Origin: Phormidesmis sp.
GTDB taxonomy: Bacteria; Cyanobacteriota; Cyanobacteriia; Leptolyngbyales; Leptolyngbyaceae
NCBI GenBank assembly: GCA_965248535.1
Contig: CBDFJR010000002.1
Span: 448,001-512,000, forward strand
Direction of reading: 5' to 3'
Length of the DNA: 64,000 nucleotides
Part shown: positions 21,266 through 32,000 of the stretch, in pieces
Position numbering within the stretch: the first letter of the stretch is position 1
Layout of the letters: the number at the start of each line of letters is the position of its first letter
Notes under the pieces: generated by a model
What the model was told of the DNA's origin: nothing
The model's database searches: none
The model's input: the letters and a program-made list of their open reading frames with translations, nothing else
Made by a program: the position numbers and the translations under genes

Positions 21266-24200
21266 CTAGTTGACTTTGAACTGTTCTACGCTGGTTTGCA
21301 GTTGTTGCGCTGTCACCATTAACTCTTGGAACGATGTAGAAATTTGATTGGATTGGGCAGAGTTTTTGTTGGCGAGAGTTGCCACATCGGTCATGGCTTG
21401 CGTGACTAGGTGAGATTGCTGCGTCTGCGCCAGAGTTGCCTGGGTGATGCCTTGAACAAGCTGACTGATCTTAGCAGTTGCGTCCACAATTTCATTCAAC
21501 TGCTGTCGGGTGTCGTTGACTAAGTTGGTGCCCCCGACCACTTGTTGAATGCCAACATCCATGGCAGTCGAAACCGCACTGGTCTCACTTTGAATATCCT
21601 GAACTAGTTTCTCAATTTCTCTGGTTGCATCCGCCGATTGACGAGCCAGCGATCGCACTTCGTCAGCCACGACACTAAATCCGCGCCCATAGTCTCCGGC
21701 ACGAGTGGCTTCGATCGACGCATTCAGTGCCAGCAGTTGCGTTTGAGTGGTGAAATTGCCAATCAGACTGACCACTTTTGAGATCTTTTGGGATGATTCA
21801 CTCAATCGTTTAATCTTTTTACTCGTTTCTGCCACCGTTTCGCGAATGGCTAGAATGCTCTCTACAGTCCGGTTCATGGCAGCATCTCCAGCCCGCACCG
21901 TTTGGTTGGCTTGCTGAACGGCCAGTTCTACCTGTTGGGCGTTGTTGGCAACAGCTTGCGTCGAACTCACCATGCCCTGAATCTGATCGAGCGCTCGTGT
22001 GACTTCATGAAGCTGTTCTTCGGCTTGTTGAGAGAGTTTGCCGATCGCTGCTCCACTGTTGCGCGAGGTCTGAGACATTTTGCCTGCAACCGACTGCACC
22101 TGCGACACGATTTTGCGGAGACTCTGAATCGTGTTGTTATAGGCATCAGCGATCGTGCCCACTTCATCTTCAGTAATTGGAACGCGAACCGTCAAATCTC
22201 CAGAAAAAACAGGCTGAACCGCCGCCAAGAGTTGAATCACTCGCTGTTGCAGTTGTTCCTTTGCCGCTTTTTCGCGGGCCGCCGCACTGGTCAATTGCGC
22301 TGACTGATCGCGCAGTTGCTCTAGAGATTTGACCTGCTCCAGTGCTACGCCTATCTGTCCTGCAAGCTGATTGAGCAGCGTCACGTCTGCGTCTTCCCAA
22401 TATCGCGGCCCAGAGTTTTGGTAGACCGCGAGAATTCCCCATAGCTGCTGCCCGACAAAAACGGGAACGAGCACATAGGCTCTGGCTTGAAATTGCTCTA
22501 AAAGCTCAACGTGACAGGGGTCATGCCCTGCGGTATAAATGTCATTGATTGCCAGACTTTCTTTGTTGCGATAGCGCCCTCCCTGGGACTCTGCCAGATT
22601 GGTGTCTCTAATCCCCGTTCCGGTCTCAGTTCCAACCAGTCTTATCCAGCCGCTGGCCACCGATTCTGAAATAAAATCACCGCTCCAGTCGAGGTTAAAC
22701 CGATAGAGTGCTACCCGATCGACCTTGAGCAGTTGGCGAATCTCTAGGGTTGTCACCTTAAAGATGGCGTTGATATCGATGAACATAGAGTTAATGTCGA
22801 TCGACTGCCGGGTTAGGTCGATCGATTGCCGAAGTCGCTCACTGACTTTAACAATAATTTTTTCTCGCTCGGCTTGTTGTTGAGTTTGGGCAACGAGTTC
22901 GACTTGCTGAAGCCCGATGCCGATCTGAAGCCCGATTTGCTTGATCAATTCTGCTTCTGACTCTTCCCAGCGCCGCGGCCCTGAGTTTTGATAACACGCC
23001 AGCAAACCCCACACCTTTTGCCCCTGAAAAATCGGCACCGTTAGGTAAGATCTGGCCTGAAATTTTTGCAGAATATCCAGATAGCAGGATGAGAAGTCCA
23101 TTTTATAGATGTCATCGGCCTGCGAAACTCGTAACCCCTTGGTATATTTTCCGCCGCCCGTGTCTTGTAGATAGGTGTCTGTGAGAGAGCCGTTGCCTGC
23201 AATTAGACCTGCGATCGTGCAATTTGAATCGCTCATCGCATTGCTTTTCAGATCCGGCTCTGTTACTTGTCTTTGAAGTAACGACACCCAACCCTCAGCA
23301 ACAGATTCGGCAATAAACTCTCCGCTCCAGTCTGGGTTGAAGCGATAGACCGCTACTCGATCGGCTTTGGTCAATTGGCGAACATCTTCAGTCGTGGCTC
23401 CGAGAATAGAGGCAACATTTGGAGCTTTACGGATGGTGTCCAGAATTCGATTCACATATTTGTGGCGCTCTGCCTGCTCTCGCAATCGACTCATTAACTC
23501 GGCTTGTTGAATGGGAAGGCCCAGTTGAGCACCCATCTGAGCTAACAGGTTGACATCGGCGGTTTCCCAGTGGCGCGGCGCAGAGTTTTGATAAGCTCCG
23601 AGCAACCCCCAAAGTTTCTCTCCCGTAAATACGGGAACAATCACATAGGCTTTGACCTCGAATTGCTCTAGCACTTCAACGTGGCATTGATAATGACCTG
23701 CGGTATGAATATCGTCGATCGCTAGGGTTTCGTTCTTCCGATAGCGTCCGCCCTGAGTTTCTTGCAGGTGCGTGTCTTTCCAGACTGTCTTGATGTCCGT
23801 TCCGACTAATTTTGTCCACCCCGCAGCAGCGGATTCGGACACAAACTCCCCACTCCAGTCGTCGTTAAAGCGATAAACCGCGACCCGATCGGCTTTGAGA
23901 AATTGGCGCACTTCTTGCGTTGCCGTTCTCAGAATGGTGGAAGTGTCGGTCGAGTGTCGAATCTGATCGGCAATGTTAGAGATAATGCGCTTTCGCTCTT
24001 CTACAAGCTTTGCGGTTTTGAGGGATTCAGCCAACTGCAAAGCCGATCCAAATTGTCCTCCAATCTGAGCTAGAAAACTGACTTCTGCTGACTGCCACTG
24101 GCGAGTCCCAGAGTTTTGATAGGCAGCGAACAAGCCCCACAGTTTGCGACCGATAAACACGGGCACCACTATATAGGCTTTGGCTTCAAACTGCTCCAAC

Positions 24201-25414
24201 AGTTCAATGTGGCAAGGCGAATGACTAGCGGCGTAGATGTCATTGACGACAAAGGTTTCGTTATTGCGATAGCGCCCTCCCTGGGTTTCTTGCAGGTGGG
24301 TGTCTTCCCAACAAGTTTTGATGTCAGATCCGACTAGGCGAGTCCACCCTGTGGTCACCGATTCGGCTACAAAATTTCCGCTCCAGTCATCGTTAAATCT
24401 GAACAGCGCCACGCGATCGACTTTGAGCAGTTGCCTGACTTCTTGAGTTGCCGTCTTAAAAATGGTCTCAATGTCGATCGCTTGTCGGATGCGATCGATG
24501 ACTTTAACCACGGCTTTTTCTAAATCTGACTGTTGTTGTAGCTTCAGATCAAAGTCAGTTTTCTGTAAATTGACGGCCAGTTCTAATGAAAATTGATAGA
24601 GCGATGTAATCTCTGCTTCCTGCCATTGGCGGGCTTTAGAGCACTGCTGCACCACCAATAGTCCCCACAGTTGTCCTGCCACTAAGATCGGGAGGCTCAG
24701 ACTGGCTTTAACCTGAAGGTTTTCTAATAGCTGCCGTTGATAAGGAGACACGTCTGTGCGATTGGTGTCTTCGATCGTGACCACTTGTTGGGTTAGATAG
24801 TCATCAAGGCGATCGCGCCCAAAGCAGGTAGAGGACAAGATCTCTCCTAAAGCCGGAGTCCAGCCGCGCTTTAATGATTCTGCAATCACCTTGCCAGTCG
24901 TTTCTGAGCTAGATTGATAAATCAGCACTCGATCTGCGTGCAGAGTGTTGCGGATTGATTTCACGGCTATTGTCAGCAGCGCCTCTAAGGTTTCTGCTTG
25001 GCGCATTTGCTCAGAGATCTTCCACAGGTGCCCTCGCTGATAGCGCAGATATCGGGCGGTCAGAGAATCGTCTTGTTCAGAGTGTTTTGGGGGTGTGGCG
25101 GCATATTCTGCCACCTGGCGAAAGAGATTTTGAACGTGGGATTTTTCTAGCAACCCTGCCCGCTTTAGCTCTGACTTTAAACCCGTTAATGCTGAGATAA
25201 TCGGCTGCATTTCTCGATTTGTCTCAGGCATCTCGTCTCTGGAGTTTACGTAGTCAGGGGTGGGAAGTGCCGATTCACTGGTTGGGGCAGATTCAGAGTG
25301 AGGGTGATCAGACTTGCCGCTGCCGTTGTTGTTGCCGTTGCCGTTGGGTTGCGGAGTTGACAACAGCATTGAAAAGTCTTCAAGGGTCGGCTCAGGTTGA
25401 TGAAAGGGTGCCAT
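21266..25414 (-). CDS. Soluble methyl-accepting phototaxis receptor with 5 GAF domains (4 cyanobacteriochrome-like), PixJ/PtxD type
   Basis: Repeated DRVA(L/V)(F/Y)RFN.DWSG.F GAFs with DT.LQ...C(H/Y) bilin motifs; HAMP-like [14 protein letters not shown] signature [15 protein letters not shown]; no TM helices seen; ATG at 25414 preferred. Confidence 0.93.
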   Translation of the reverse strand: MAPFHQPEPTLEDFSMLLSTPQPNGNGNNNGSGKSDHPHSESAPTSESALPTPDYVNSRDEMPETNREMQPIISALTGLKSELKRAGLLEKSHVQNLFRQVAEYAATPPKHSEQDDSLTARYLRYQRGHLWKISEQMRQAETLEALLTIAVKSIRNTLHADRVLIYQSSSETTGKVIAESLKRGWTPALGEILSSTCFGRDRLDDYLTQQVVTIEDTNRTDVSPYQRQLLENLQVKASLSLPILVAGQLWGLLVVQQCSKARQWQEAEITSLYQFSLELAVNLQKTDFDLKLQQQSDLEKAVVKVIDRIRQAIDIETIFKTATQEVRQLLKVDRVALFRFNDDWSGNFVAESVTTGWTRLVGSDIKTCWEDTHLQETQGGRYRNNETFVVNDIYAASHSPCHIELLEQFEAKAYIVVPVFIGRKLWGLFAAYQNSGTRQWQSAEVSFLAQIGGQFGSALQLAESLKTAKLVEERKRIISNIADQIRHSTDTSTILRTATQEVRQFLKADRVAVYRFNDDWSGEFVSESAAAGWTKLVGTDIKTVWKDTHLQETQGGRYRKNETLAIDDIHTAGHYQCHVEVLEQFEVKAYVIVPVFTGEKLWGLLGAYQNSAPRHWETADVNLLAQMGAQLGLPIQQAELMSRLREQAERHKYVNRILDTIRKAPNVASILGATTEDVRQLTKADRVAVYRFNPDWSGEFIAESVAEGWVSLLQRQVTEPDLKSNAMSDSNCTIAGLIAGNGSLTDTYLQDTGGGKYTKGLRVSQADDIYKMDFSSCYLDILQKFQARSYLTVPIFQGQKVWGLLACYQNSGPRRWEESEAELIKQIGLQIGIGLQQVELVAQTQQQAEREKIIVKVSERLRQSIDLTRQSIDINSMFIDINAIFKVTTLEIRQLLKVDRVALYRFNLDWSGDFISESVASGWIRLVGTETGTGIRDTNLAESQGGRYRNKESLAINDIYTAGHDPCHVELLEQFQARAYVLVPVFVGQQLWGILAVYQNSGPRYWEDADVTLLNQLAGQIGVALEQVKSLEQLRDQSAQLTSAAAREKAAKEQLQQRVIQLLAAVQPVFSGDLTVRVPITEDEVGTIADAYNNTIQSLRKIVSQVQSVAGKMSQTSRNSGAAIGKLSQQAEEQLHEVTRALDQIQGMVSSTQAVANNAQQVELAVQQANQTVRAGDAAMNRTVESILAIRETVAETSKKIKRLSESSQKISKVVSLIGNFTTQTQLLALNASIEATRAGDYGRGFSVVADEVRSLARQSADATREIEKLVQDIQSETSAVSTAMDVGIQQVVGGTNLVNDTRQQLNEIVDATAKISQLVQGITQATLAQTQQSHLVTQAMTDVATLANKNSAQSNQISTSFQELMVTAQQLQTSVEQFKVN

Positions 25415-25459
25415 AGAAATCTTCTCAGTTAGGGGTAGATAAAGGGGTTTTGAGTGCAA

Positions 25460-26047
25460 TTATTCGTGGATGTGCAGTTGAGGATCTTGGAGAATGGCGG
25501 CGACATCTAAGACGGTGCTGCGATCGCTCGTCAGGTATCCCTTCATAAAACGAGACAAATTAGCCGAAAACAAGTCTCGCGACGGCGGATGAAGATGCTG
25601 GGGCGCGTGTTCTTCGAGGTCATAGACTTCAGGAACAGCCAGCCCTAAAAGCCGCCCTTGAGACTGAACTACGATCGCCACAAATGAGGGGAGTGGCTGG
25701 TCGAGTTCAGACGGGTGAGTGACCCCGATTTGCTTGGCTAAGTCGGTTAACCAGAGCACTTCTCCGCGCCAGTTATAGAGTCCCAAAACGCAAGCTGGCA
25801 TATGGGGAACTGGCAAAACATCAGTTGCCTCGACGGTTAGCACGGCCGTCACTTCATCGACTGCCAGCAGCGCGACGCTATTGAGACAAAGCTGAAATCG
25901 TAAGAACTTTTGCCCCTTGTCTGGCGTGTCTGCTTGAACAAAGAGCGACTCTAGGCTGGAAAGCTGACTTTGATAGAGTTCCAGACGGGTGCTCTGGGTG
26001 GGGCTGTGTCCAGCGTGATCGGATGATTGAACCATCGATCGCTCCAT
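25460..26047 (-). CDS. CheW protein (PixI/PtxC type)
   Basis: VPHMPACVLGLYNWRGEVLWLTDL motif. Confidence 0.92.
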   Translation of the reverse strand: MERSMVQSSDHAGHSPTQSTRLELYQSQLSSLESLFVQADTPDKGQKFLRFQLCLNSVALLAVDEVTAVLTVEATDVLPVPHMPACVLGLYNWRGEVLWLTDLAKQIGVTHPSELDQPLPSFVAIVVQSQGRLLGLAVPEVYDLEEHAPQHLHPPSRDLFSANLSRFMKGYLTSDRSTVLDVAAILQDPQLHIHE

Positions 26048-26409
26048 TAGTTGATCAATTGACGAATCGTGTTCAAAAAAATGGTCGGATCAACTGGCTT
26101 AGGAAGGTAGGCATTAGCCCCCAACAAGTTGCCCCACATCTTATCCACATCGGTGTCTTTGGTTGAGCACATCACCACGGGGATCTGACTAGTTTTAGGA
26201 TCGGCCTTTAGCTCTCGACATAGCTCAAACCCGCTCTGTCCGGGCAAAATCACATCCAGCACAATCAGATCCGGCGTTTGGCTCGTCAATTTGATTTGGG
26301 CTTCTTCAACACTTTTAGCACTGATCACTGACAGCCCTGCTTGTCGCAAATAGCTGGTCAACAGTTGCATCTCGGTCACACTATCTTCAACTACCAAAAC
26401 AGTACTCAT
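26047..26409 (-). CDS. CheY-like response regulator (PixH/PtxB type)
   Basis: VEDS...DVILPGQSGFELCR...KP, single receiver domain. Confidence 0.93.
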   Translation of the reverse strand: MSTVLVVEDSVTEMQLLTSYLRQAGLSVISAKSVEEAQIKLTSQTPDLIVLDVILPGQSGFELCRELKADPKTSQIPVVMCSTKDTDVDKMWGNLLGANAYLPKPVDPTIFLNTIRQLIN

Positions 26410-26450
26410 GCCTTTTCCTCTAGGGGGACTTTCTGATATCAGGAAATGTT

Positions 26451-27650
26451 CTATTTTTGAATGGTTAGGTATTTCTGCACGATCGCTAATACTTTTTCTG
26501 CATCGACTGGCTTAGACAGAAAACCAGAAGAGCCGACCATCTTTGCCCGGACTCGATCTATGATTCCGTCATTGCTCGTCAAAATCACGATCGGGATGGT
26601 TTTAAATTGTGAGACTCTGCGGATCTGAGCACAGATCTCATAGCCATTGGCAACGGGCATCACCAGATCTAGAAAAATCACGCTGGGTTTTTGCTCAATC
26701 AAGGTGGGCAAGGCCTGAATAGAGTCCTGAATGCCGATAAATCGATAGCCTGCGTCGATCAGAATGCGCTCCATGACCTGACATTCTCTAGGGCTGTCAT
26801 CAATGCAGGCAACTAAAGGAGTGTCGATGTCCGCAGGTTTGGGAGGAACAGAAACCCCTCTAGAGGTGGGAATACCAGGGGTTGGCGGCTCGGAAGATGG
26901 TAGCGTTGATTGAGCAGTGGAGGCGATCGCAAAGTCAGGAGTCTTGTTGAGAGCGACCAAGCCTTTTCGGTAGAGCGGCACTAGCACTCGGCTAATTTGC
27001 AGCAGATCTTGCTTGGTCAGCACGGCCAAATCTCGTAGGGTGCGCTTGCCGTCTACTAGCGACACCAGCATTTTATAAACCTTCTCAGAGGTGTGCTGCT
27101 GCAACTGTTCGAGGTTGCGGAGTGACGGAGCCAAGTTTGGTGAATGGTCTGCTAACCCCAGAGCGCGCCAAGCATTCCAAGTTTGTTGAATCTCGCTCAA
27201 CAGTTGCTCTGCGTTGACTAGGGCTAGAGAGTTATCGAGCAAGTCTGCTGAGTCAAACTGAAACGAGACAGGTCGGGTTTCTTCTTGCTGAATAATGTCA
27301 AACAGCACCTCTGAAACTGTGCTGCGGATGACCGCAACGGCTTGTTCTGCGGTAATTTGCTGTCGCTTGACTAGGGCTGATAGCGTGTGAAAATCTCGAC
27401 ACTGCAATTCGTCGATCGCTCTCACCGAGATCGAATTGGGATTGACTTGAGGACAGTGCTGCGTCAAATAGCGATGCCAGCGTCTTGTGGGATGCGGCCC
27501 GCCCCCTGCCCAAGTCAAACGCCCTACATAGAGATAGAGACTCCACTGCTGACTACTGGTTTTGACATCTAGCCGCCCCGTGAAGTGCATTCGACTGCGG
27601 ACACCCAACAAACCACTCGGCGTATCGGTAGATGAATCATCAACTAACAT
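26451..27650 (-). CDS. PatA-family response regulator (PixG/PtxA type)
   Basis: N-terminal PATAN-like region (FTGRLDV...WSLYLYVGRL); C-terminal receiver CIDDS...DLVMP. Confidence 0.92.
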   Translation of the reverse strand: MLVDDSSTDTPSGLLGVRSRMHFTGRLDVKTSSQQWSLYLYVGRLTWAGGGPHPTRRWHRYLTQHCPQVNPNSISVRAIDELQCRDFHTLSALVKRQQITAEQAVAVIRSTVSEVLFDIIQQEETRPVSFQFDSADLLDNSLALVNAEQLLSEIQQTWNAWRALGLADHSPNLAPSLRNLEQLQQHTSEKVYKMLVSLVDGKRTLRDLAVLTKQDLLQISRVLVPLYRKGLVALNKTPDFAIASTAQSTLPSSEPPTPGIPTSRGVSVPPKPADIDTPLVACIDDSPRECQVMERILIDAGYRFIGIQDSIQALPTLIEQKPSVIFLDLVMPVANGYEICAQIRRVSQFKTIPIVILTSNDGIIDRVRAKMVGSSGFLSKPVDAEKVLAIVQKYLTIQK

Positions 27651-27947
27651 GCTGACTTCCCCTCTTTCAAATCTTTCAGACCGTCAAGGGACGATCGGAG
27701 ATAGATTTGAGACAATTTGGCTAATGAGTCGAGTCTATGTCTTGCCAGGGGCGGTCGTGATTCAGGAAAATACGGAAGCTCAAAGGACAGGATTGGTTAC
27801 CTGGGCAGATTTACTTACGAGATCCCCACATTCGCTGAGAAAGGTCTTTAGACCAAAGGTGCCTTTGTGAGGTCTTGGTGAGAGAGGTTTCTCTGAAACT
27901 CCGATCGCGGACTGAGTGGGCGGGTGATTCTGCTCATTTCCTCACCG

Positions 27948-27980
27948 AGACCCTCTCCCCAAAGACCCTCTCCCCAAAAA
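27948..27980. repeat. Short direct repeat (AGACCCTCTCCCCAA x2)
   Basis: Two adjacent 15-nt copies upstream of the taxis operon. Confidence 0.6.
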
Positions 27981-28109
27981 TACTGGGTTCTTCAACGCTC
28001 GTGATCCCCGTCATGGGTTCTGGAGCGGAATTCTCTAAAACGATCGGGACAGAAAGGGTCTAGCTTTGTAAAATCTTTACAACCCTCTCAGTAGGTTGTC
28101 TTCAATTCG

Positions 28110-28406
28110 CTATCTAACCTCATATTCAGGCAGAGGATGATTAATTTTGCGGGGTTCTGACGGGTCACGTCGTTGTGGGCGCAGCGATCGCGGCTTCGAG
28201 GTTTCGACTCGGCTCGGCTCTACGGGTGACGGAGGCGATGCAGCTAGGGCAAAAACGCGCCTTCCGTTCAAAATATTGTAGAGATCTTGCCCGACACAGA
28301 CTAGACCTGTTGACTGTAGCTCTACAATACGCTCGTCTCGCTTTTGTCGAGCTTGGGCTGCGTCATCCCAGTCTGTCTCCAAAAATACTTCTTGAATAGA
28401 ACTCAT
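28110..28406 (-). CDS. Hypothetical protein
   Basis: 98-aa ATG ORF filling the intergenic gap; GAG upstream. Confidence 0.6.
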   Translation of the reverse strand: MSSIQEVFLETDWDDAAQARQKRDERIVELQSTGLVCVGQDLYNILNGRRVFALAASPPSPVEPSRVETSKPRSLRPQRRDPSEPRKINHPLPEYEVR

Positions 28407-28558
28407 CGAAATTCACAACTCTCTTTTGCTGTCTTGCCCTATAGCGTAGCGCTTCTTCTTGACCGTGGGGGCGTTATGATTTGAAAAAGCAGCGAGTCTT
28501 GATCATTTGGCGTGATCGCTACCCCAAATCCTGTGTTAGGCTAACGTCAGGAATTATT

Positions 28559-28630
28559 TTCGGCTGTGTAATTCGTGTTCATCAGCGTTTCTCCGAATCT
28601 AACTCTCCACACTTTCTTGGATTCTGGAGA
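28559..28630 (+). promoter_or_regulatory. Conserved 5'-UTR elements of cyanobacterial rbp genes; RBS-sequestering hairpin
   Basis: TCTCCGAATC (28590-28599) is complementary to GATTC(T)GGAGA (28620-28630), which contains the RBS; TTCGG box at 28559. Confidence 0.6.
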
Positions 28631-28637
28631 CAATTTC

Positions 28638-28931
28638 ATGTCAATTTACGTGGGCAATCTCTCTTATGAGGTCAAGCAAGAAGACCTAACTGAGATCTTT
28701 GCTGAATACGGAACAGTTAAGCGGGTACAACTACCCACCGATCGCGAAACGGGTCGGATGCGCGGGTTTGGGTTTGTCGAAATGGGCACTGATGCAGAAG
28801 AAGATGCCGCGATCGCAGCATTAGACGGTGCAGAGTGGATGGGTCGTGATCTAAAAGTCAACAAAGCTAAACCTCGCGAAGATCGCGGGCCGTCGGGCGG
28901 TGGCGGTGGTCGCCCCCCCAGACGCTATTAA
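28638..28931 (+). CDS. rbpA: RRM-domain RNA-binding protein with Gly-rich tail (cold-inducible Rbp family)
   Basis: MSIYVGNLSY (RNP2), RGFGFVEM (RNP1), GGGGG tail; paralogue naming uncertain. Confidence 0.93.
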   Translation: MSIYVGNLSYEVKQEDLTEIFAEYGTVKRVQLPTDRETGRMRGFGFVEMGTDAEEDAAIAALDGAEWMGRDLKVNKAKPREDRGPSGGGGGRPPRRY

Positions 28932-28968
28932 GCTGGTAAGCTAGGAAACTGACGTTAAATCCTCTTGA

Positions 28969-28993
28969 AGGCAGACCCTCGTCTGCTTTTTTT
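28969..28993 (+). terminator. Intrinsic terminator or attenuator between rbp and rpsU
   Basis: GCAGAC-CCTC-GTCTGC hairpin followed by 7 T. Confidence 0.75.
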
Positions 28994-29028
28994 GATAGAG
29001 GCTGTAGTTTATTAAATCAGGAGAAACG

Positions 29029-29211
29029 ATGACTCAAGTGATTCCTGGCGAAGACGAAAGAATTGATTCTGTGTTGCGCCGATTCAAACGCGAAGTGTCT
29101 AAAGCAGGCATCTTCCCCGATATGCGAAAGCACCGCCATTTTGAAACCCCGATCGAGAAGCGAAAGCGTAAGGCTCTGGCAAAACAGAAGCAGCGCCGCT
29201 TCCACCGCTAA
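29029..29211 (+). CDS. rpsU: 30S ribosomal protein S21
   Basis: [37 protein letters not shown]. Confidence 0.97.
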   Translation: MTQVIPGEDERIDSVLRRFKREVSKAGIFPDMRKHRHFETPIEKRKRKALAKQKQRRFHR

Positions 29212-29309
29212 CGATCGGTTCGTTCCATCAAGCCTTTTGTTAAGACTTATCACTCGATGCCAAGCTCCATAGCCTGGCATCAGTCGTTTGTAGAAGAAAA
29301 CGAGCGGAC

Positions 29310-30866
29310 TCATGGCTCAAAGGTTTTTTGCATAACGGTGAGCGGTGAGTTTTTAAGCAGCCCAGACTGGACGAATTTTTTGTAGATCGCTTCTTCGATC
29401 GAGAGCAGCTTTTTTTGGTGTTGCTGAAGATTAAACGATCGCAGGTGAGAATGCTGGTCTTGCATCGATTGAATATCGAGATGAAGCTGCTGAAGCTGCT
29501 GGCTAGCAAATTCTAGCTGCGACTGGTGCAAAGCTGGGCTGATGGTGAGTTGAGCTTTGGTTTGCGTCAAATGCTCAGAGACTTGCTGAAGGGCATCTCG
29601 ACGGGCCACCAGTTCTAAATATTGCTGTTGAAGAGACTGATCTTCGAGTAAGTTGAGCCTTTCTAAGAGTAGCTTTGTGGTCAACCCCTGCACCAAGAGT
29701 GTGAACCAGACGACCCCAAACGAGTTGGCGATAATTTCGTCACGACCCGTCAAAATCACAGGCAGACTGAGGGCTAAGGAGATCGAGACCGATCCGCGCA
29801 GCCCCGTCCACCACAAAACGGTCTGCTCTCGCCAGGGAATTTCTGTTTTAGCTAGCCAGTTGCTCAGGGCGCTAAACCCATAGATGGTGATGGCTCGTGA
29901 GCCGACGATCGCCAAAATCGCAATTAGGGTCGTCCCGATATTTTCAATCAGTCTTGCTAGCCAAATCTGATCGCCTAGCAGCAAAAACAGGATTGAGTTG
30001 ACAAAAAACACGATGAATTCCCAGAACTCAACCATCGTCGATCGCTTGAGCGGGCTGACTCCAGCCTGAGCGCTGAAATTTCCGATCACTAGCCCGGCTG
30101 TGACTACTCCAATCACGCCAGAGCCGCCTAATTCTTCTACGAGCAGATAAGTGCCGTAGGCTGTGACCAGAGTCAAAGATTGCTCGACCCAGCCTAGATC
30201 ATGGCGCTGGGTCAAAAAGGCAACGCACACCCCAATCAGTCCGCCTATGCCTAGCCCAATGCCTGTAACCACCAAGAACCGTAATACCGTGGTCGAAAGC
30301 TGAAAGGGCTGGGCGTTGATTGAGAACTCGACTAAGACTCCAAAGGCGACGATCGCCGCTCCATCGTTGAACAGGCTTTCTCCTTCAAGCAGGGTGGTAA
30401 GTCGTTTGCCCGTGCCCAATTCTCGAAATAAGCCAATCACGGAGGCAGAATCCGTTGCCGACAGACAGGCACCCACGAGCAGCGCCGTCATCCAGCTAAT
30501 GTGCATAAACTGGTGCAGGGCCCACCCGACGGTGGCGATCGAGAGCATGACTCCGCCCACGGCAAAGAGCGTGCTGGGCAAGATTTCTTGTCTCAGTTCT
30601 GACCATTTCATGTTCCAGGCTGCCTCAAACAGCAGGGGAGGCAAAAAAACCATCAAAATCATGCCGGGTGACAGATGAAGCAGCCGCACATCAACGAGGG
30701 CTAACCCCAAACCCACCATCACCAGCAGCAGCGTGTAGGGAACTTGACGTAGGGGCGAAAAAATTTTAGGCAAGCTGGCGGCGCTCAGAGCGATCAATAG
30801 AATGATCAAAAACTGTTTGAGATCATTCTCGATCGCCACATCAGCAGCACTGGTTAAAAGACTCAT
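29310..30866 (-). CDS. CPA1-family Na+/H+ antiporter
   Basis: LPPLLFEAA, SATD, EGESLFNDG and GLRGSVS motifs. Confidence 0.93.
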   Translation of the reverse strand: MSLLTSAADVAIENDLKQFLIILLIALSAASLPKIFSPLRQVPYTLLLVMVGLGLALVDVRLLHLSPGMILMVFLPPLLFEAAWNMKWSELRQEILPSTLFAVGGVMLSIATVGWALHQFMHISWMTALLVGACLSATDSASVIGLFRELGTGKRLTTLLEGESLFNDGAAIVAFGVLVEFSINAQPFQLSTTVLRFLVVTGIGLGIGGLIGVCVAFLTQRHDLGWVEQSLTLVTAYGTYLLVEELGGSGVIGVVTAGLVIGNFSAQAGVSPLKRSTMVEFWEFIVFFVNSILFLLLGDQIWLARLIENIGTTLIAILAIVGSRAITIYGFSALSNWLAKTEIPWREQTVLWWTGLRGSVSISLALSLPVILTGRDEIIANSFGVVWFTLLVQGLTTKLLLERLNLLEDQSLQQQYLELVARRDALQQVSEHLTQTKAQLTISPALHQSQLEFASQQLQQLHLDIQSMQDQHSHLRSFNLQQHQKKLLSIEEAIYKKFVQSGLLKNSPLTVMQKTFEP

Positions 30867-30947
30867 AGAAGACGTTGACTACTTTCAGCGTCTCTACCTT
30901 GACGGATGCTCTCAGAATAAAACTGCCTTGTCTAATACATTTCAGTC

Positions 30948-31184
30948 TCATCGGGTCACAAGTCGAATCGTGTTTTGAAATAAGTGGCTAATTTCATACC
31001 ACACCTGTCTAGGGCTGATGTCAAAGCCAAAGTGCAGCACCAGCACGATCGCGATCGCGGTCAAAATCAGCCCTGACCCAACGTTGAGGACTCGCAGCAG
31101 TAATTTGAACAGCAAAACTGATAGCGCGATCGCGGCAATGGTGACGACGGTCTGTGAGTCTAATACGTCAAACAAAGAATCCAT
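30948..31184 (-). CDS. Small membrane protein
   Basis: 78 aa, two hydrophobic segments, AAGGAGG RBS. Confidence 0.75.
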   Translation of the reverse strand: MDSLFDVLDSQTVVTIAAIALSVLLFKLLLRVLNVGSGLILTAIAIVLVLHFGFDISPRQVWYEISHLFQNTIRLVTR

Positions 31185-31206
31185 AACTATCCTCCTTCTG
31201 CATTAA

Positions 31207-31887
31207 TTAAGGCCTATGAAACTGATTAAACACGGTCACCATCACTCCGAATGCAGCTACAACGATTGAGAGACCCAACAGATCAGACTTCAGTGACGTG
31301 ATGCGATAAGCGGGTCGTAGCCAAAAGCTCAGGAATCGAGCTATGAACGGCATGACGATAACGGATAGGATTGAAGACGTAATCAAATTGTTTAACAGCA
31401 TTGAGCTTGCTGGCGGCCATGATTTGAAAATACCTAACGAGGTGAATAGGAATGACTGAATCATCACGGTAGGATATAGCCCTAACACCACAGATAAGAT
31501 TTGCTTCCAAACAGGAGGGCCTAATCCCTTTTGCTCTGAGCCAGCATGACGAGAAAACCAACCCTCTAACCCCGTCGTAAATGACTTAAATCGATAAGCT
31601 TGAAAGATTTCTTGACCAGATTCTAATAAGTGCTGGCGATCGCTCGACTCGACCCAGGCATTTAAATGTTCGGGCGAGTCAAAATGAGTGATTGAATACC
31701 ACTTGACTACGGGATCTTTGCATCTTAGAGGCGGACAGAGATCTGAGCGCACAAAGCCCTCAAACCGTTGAGCAGCTTGGATAAACTTGGTATGCCACAT
31801 CTTAAACGCAAAATCTTTGCCCTTGGGGACAATGTGCTCAACCACAAGGCTCGTGTAAAAAATCTGATCCGCTTGAGAGTTTGGCAT
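31207..31887 (-). CDS. ABM/Dabb-fold protein with C-terminal membrane helices
   Basis: [39 protein letters not shown] followed by 3 TM segments. Confidence 0.75.
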   Translation of the reverse strand: MPNSQADQIFYTSLVVEHIVPKGKDFAFKMWHTKFIQAAQRFEGFVRSDLCPPLRCKDPVVKWYSITHFDSPEHLNAWVESSDRQHLLESGQEIFQAYRFKSFTTGLEGWFSRHAGSEQKGLGPPVWKQILSVVLGLYPTVMIQSFLFTSLGIFKSWPPASSMLLNNLITSSILSVIVMPFIARFLSFWLRPAYRITSLKSDLLGLSIVVAAFGVMVTVFNQFHRP

Positions 31888-32000
31888 TGGGCAAATCGCT
31901 AGGCGCTCCACAGCATCTCACTAAAACGCTCTCAATTCTAAAAGGCTCCGAACCAGACTCGCATCAAAAGCTGATGACGACGTCAACGTGAAGGCTTGAT

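Noticed and set aside
28575..28637. N-terminal extension of Rbp in the ORF track
   Set aside because: The RRM family starts at MSIYVGNL (28638), with the RBS directly upstream
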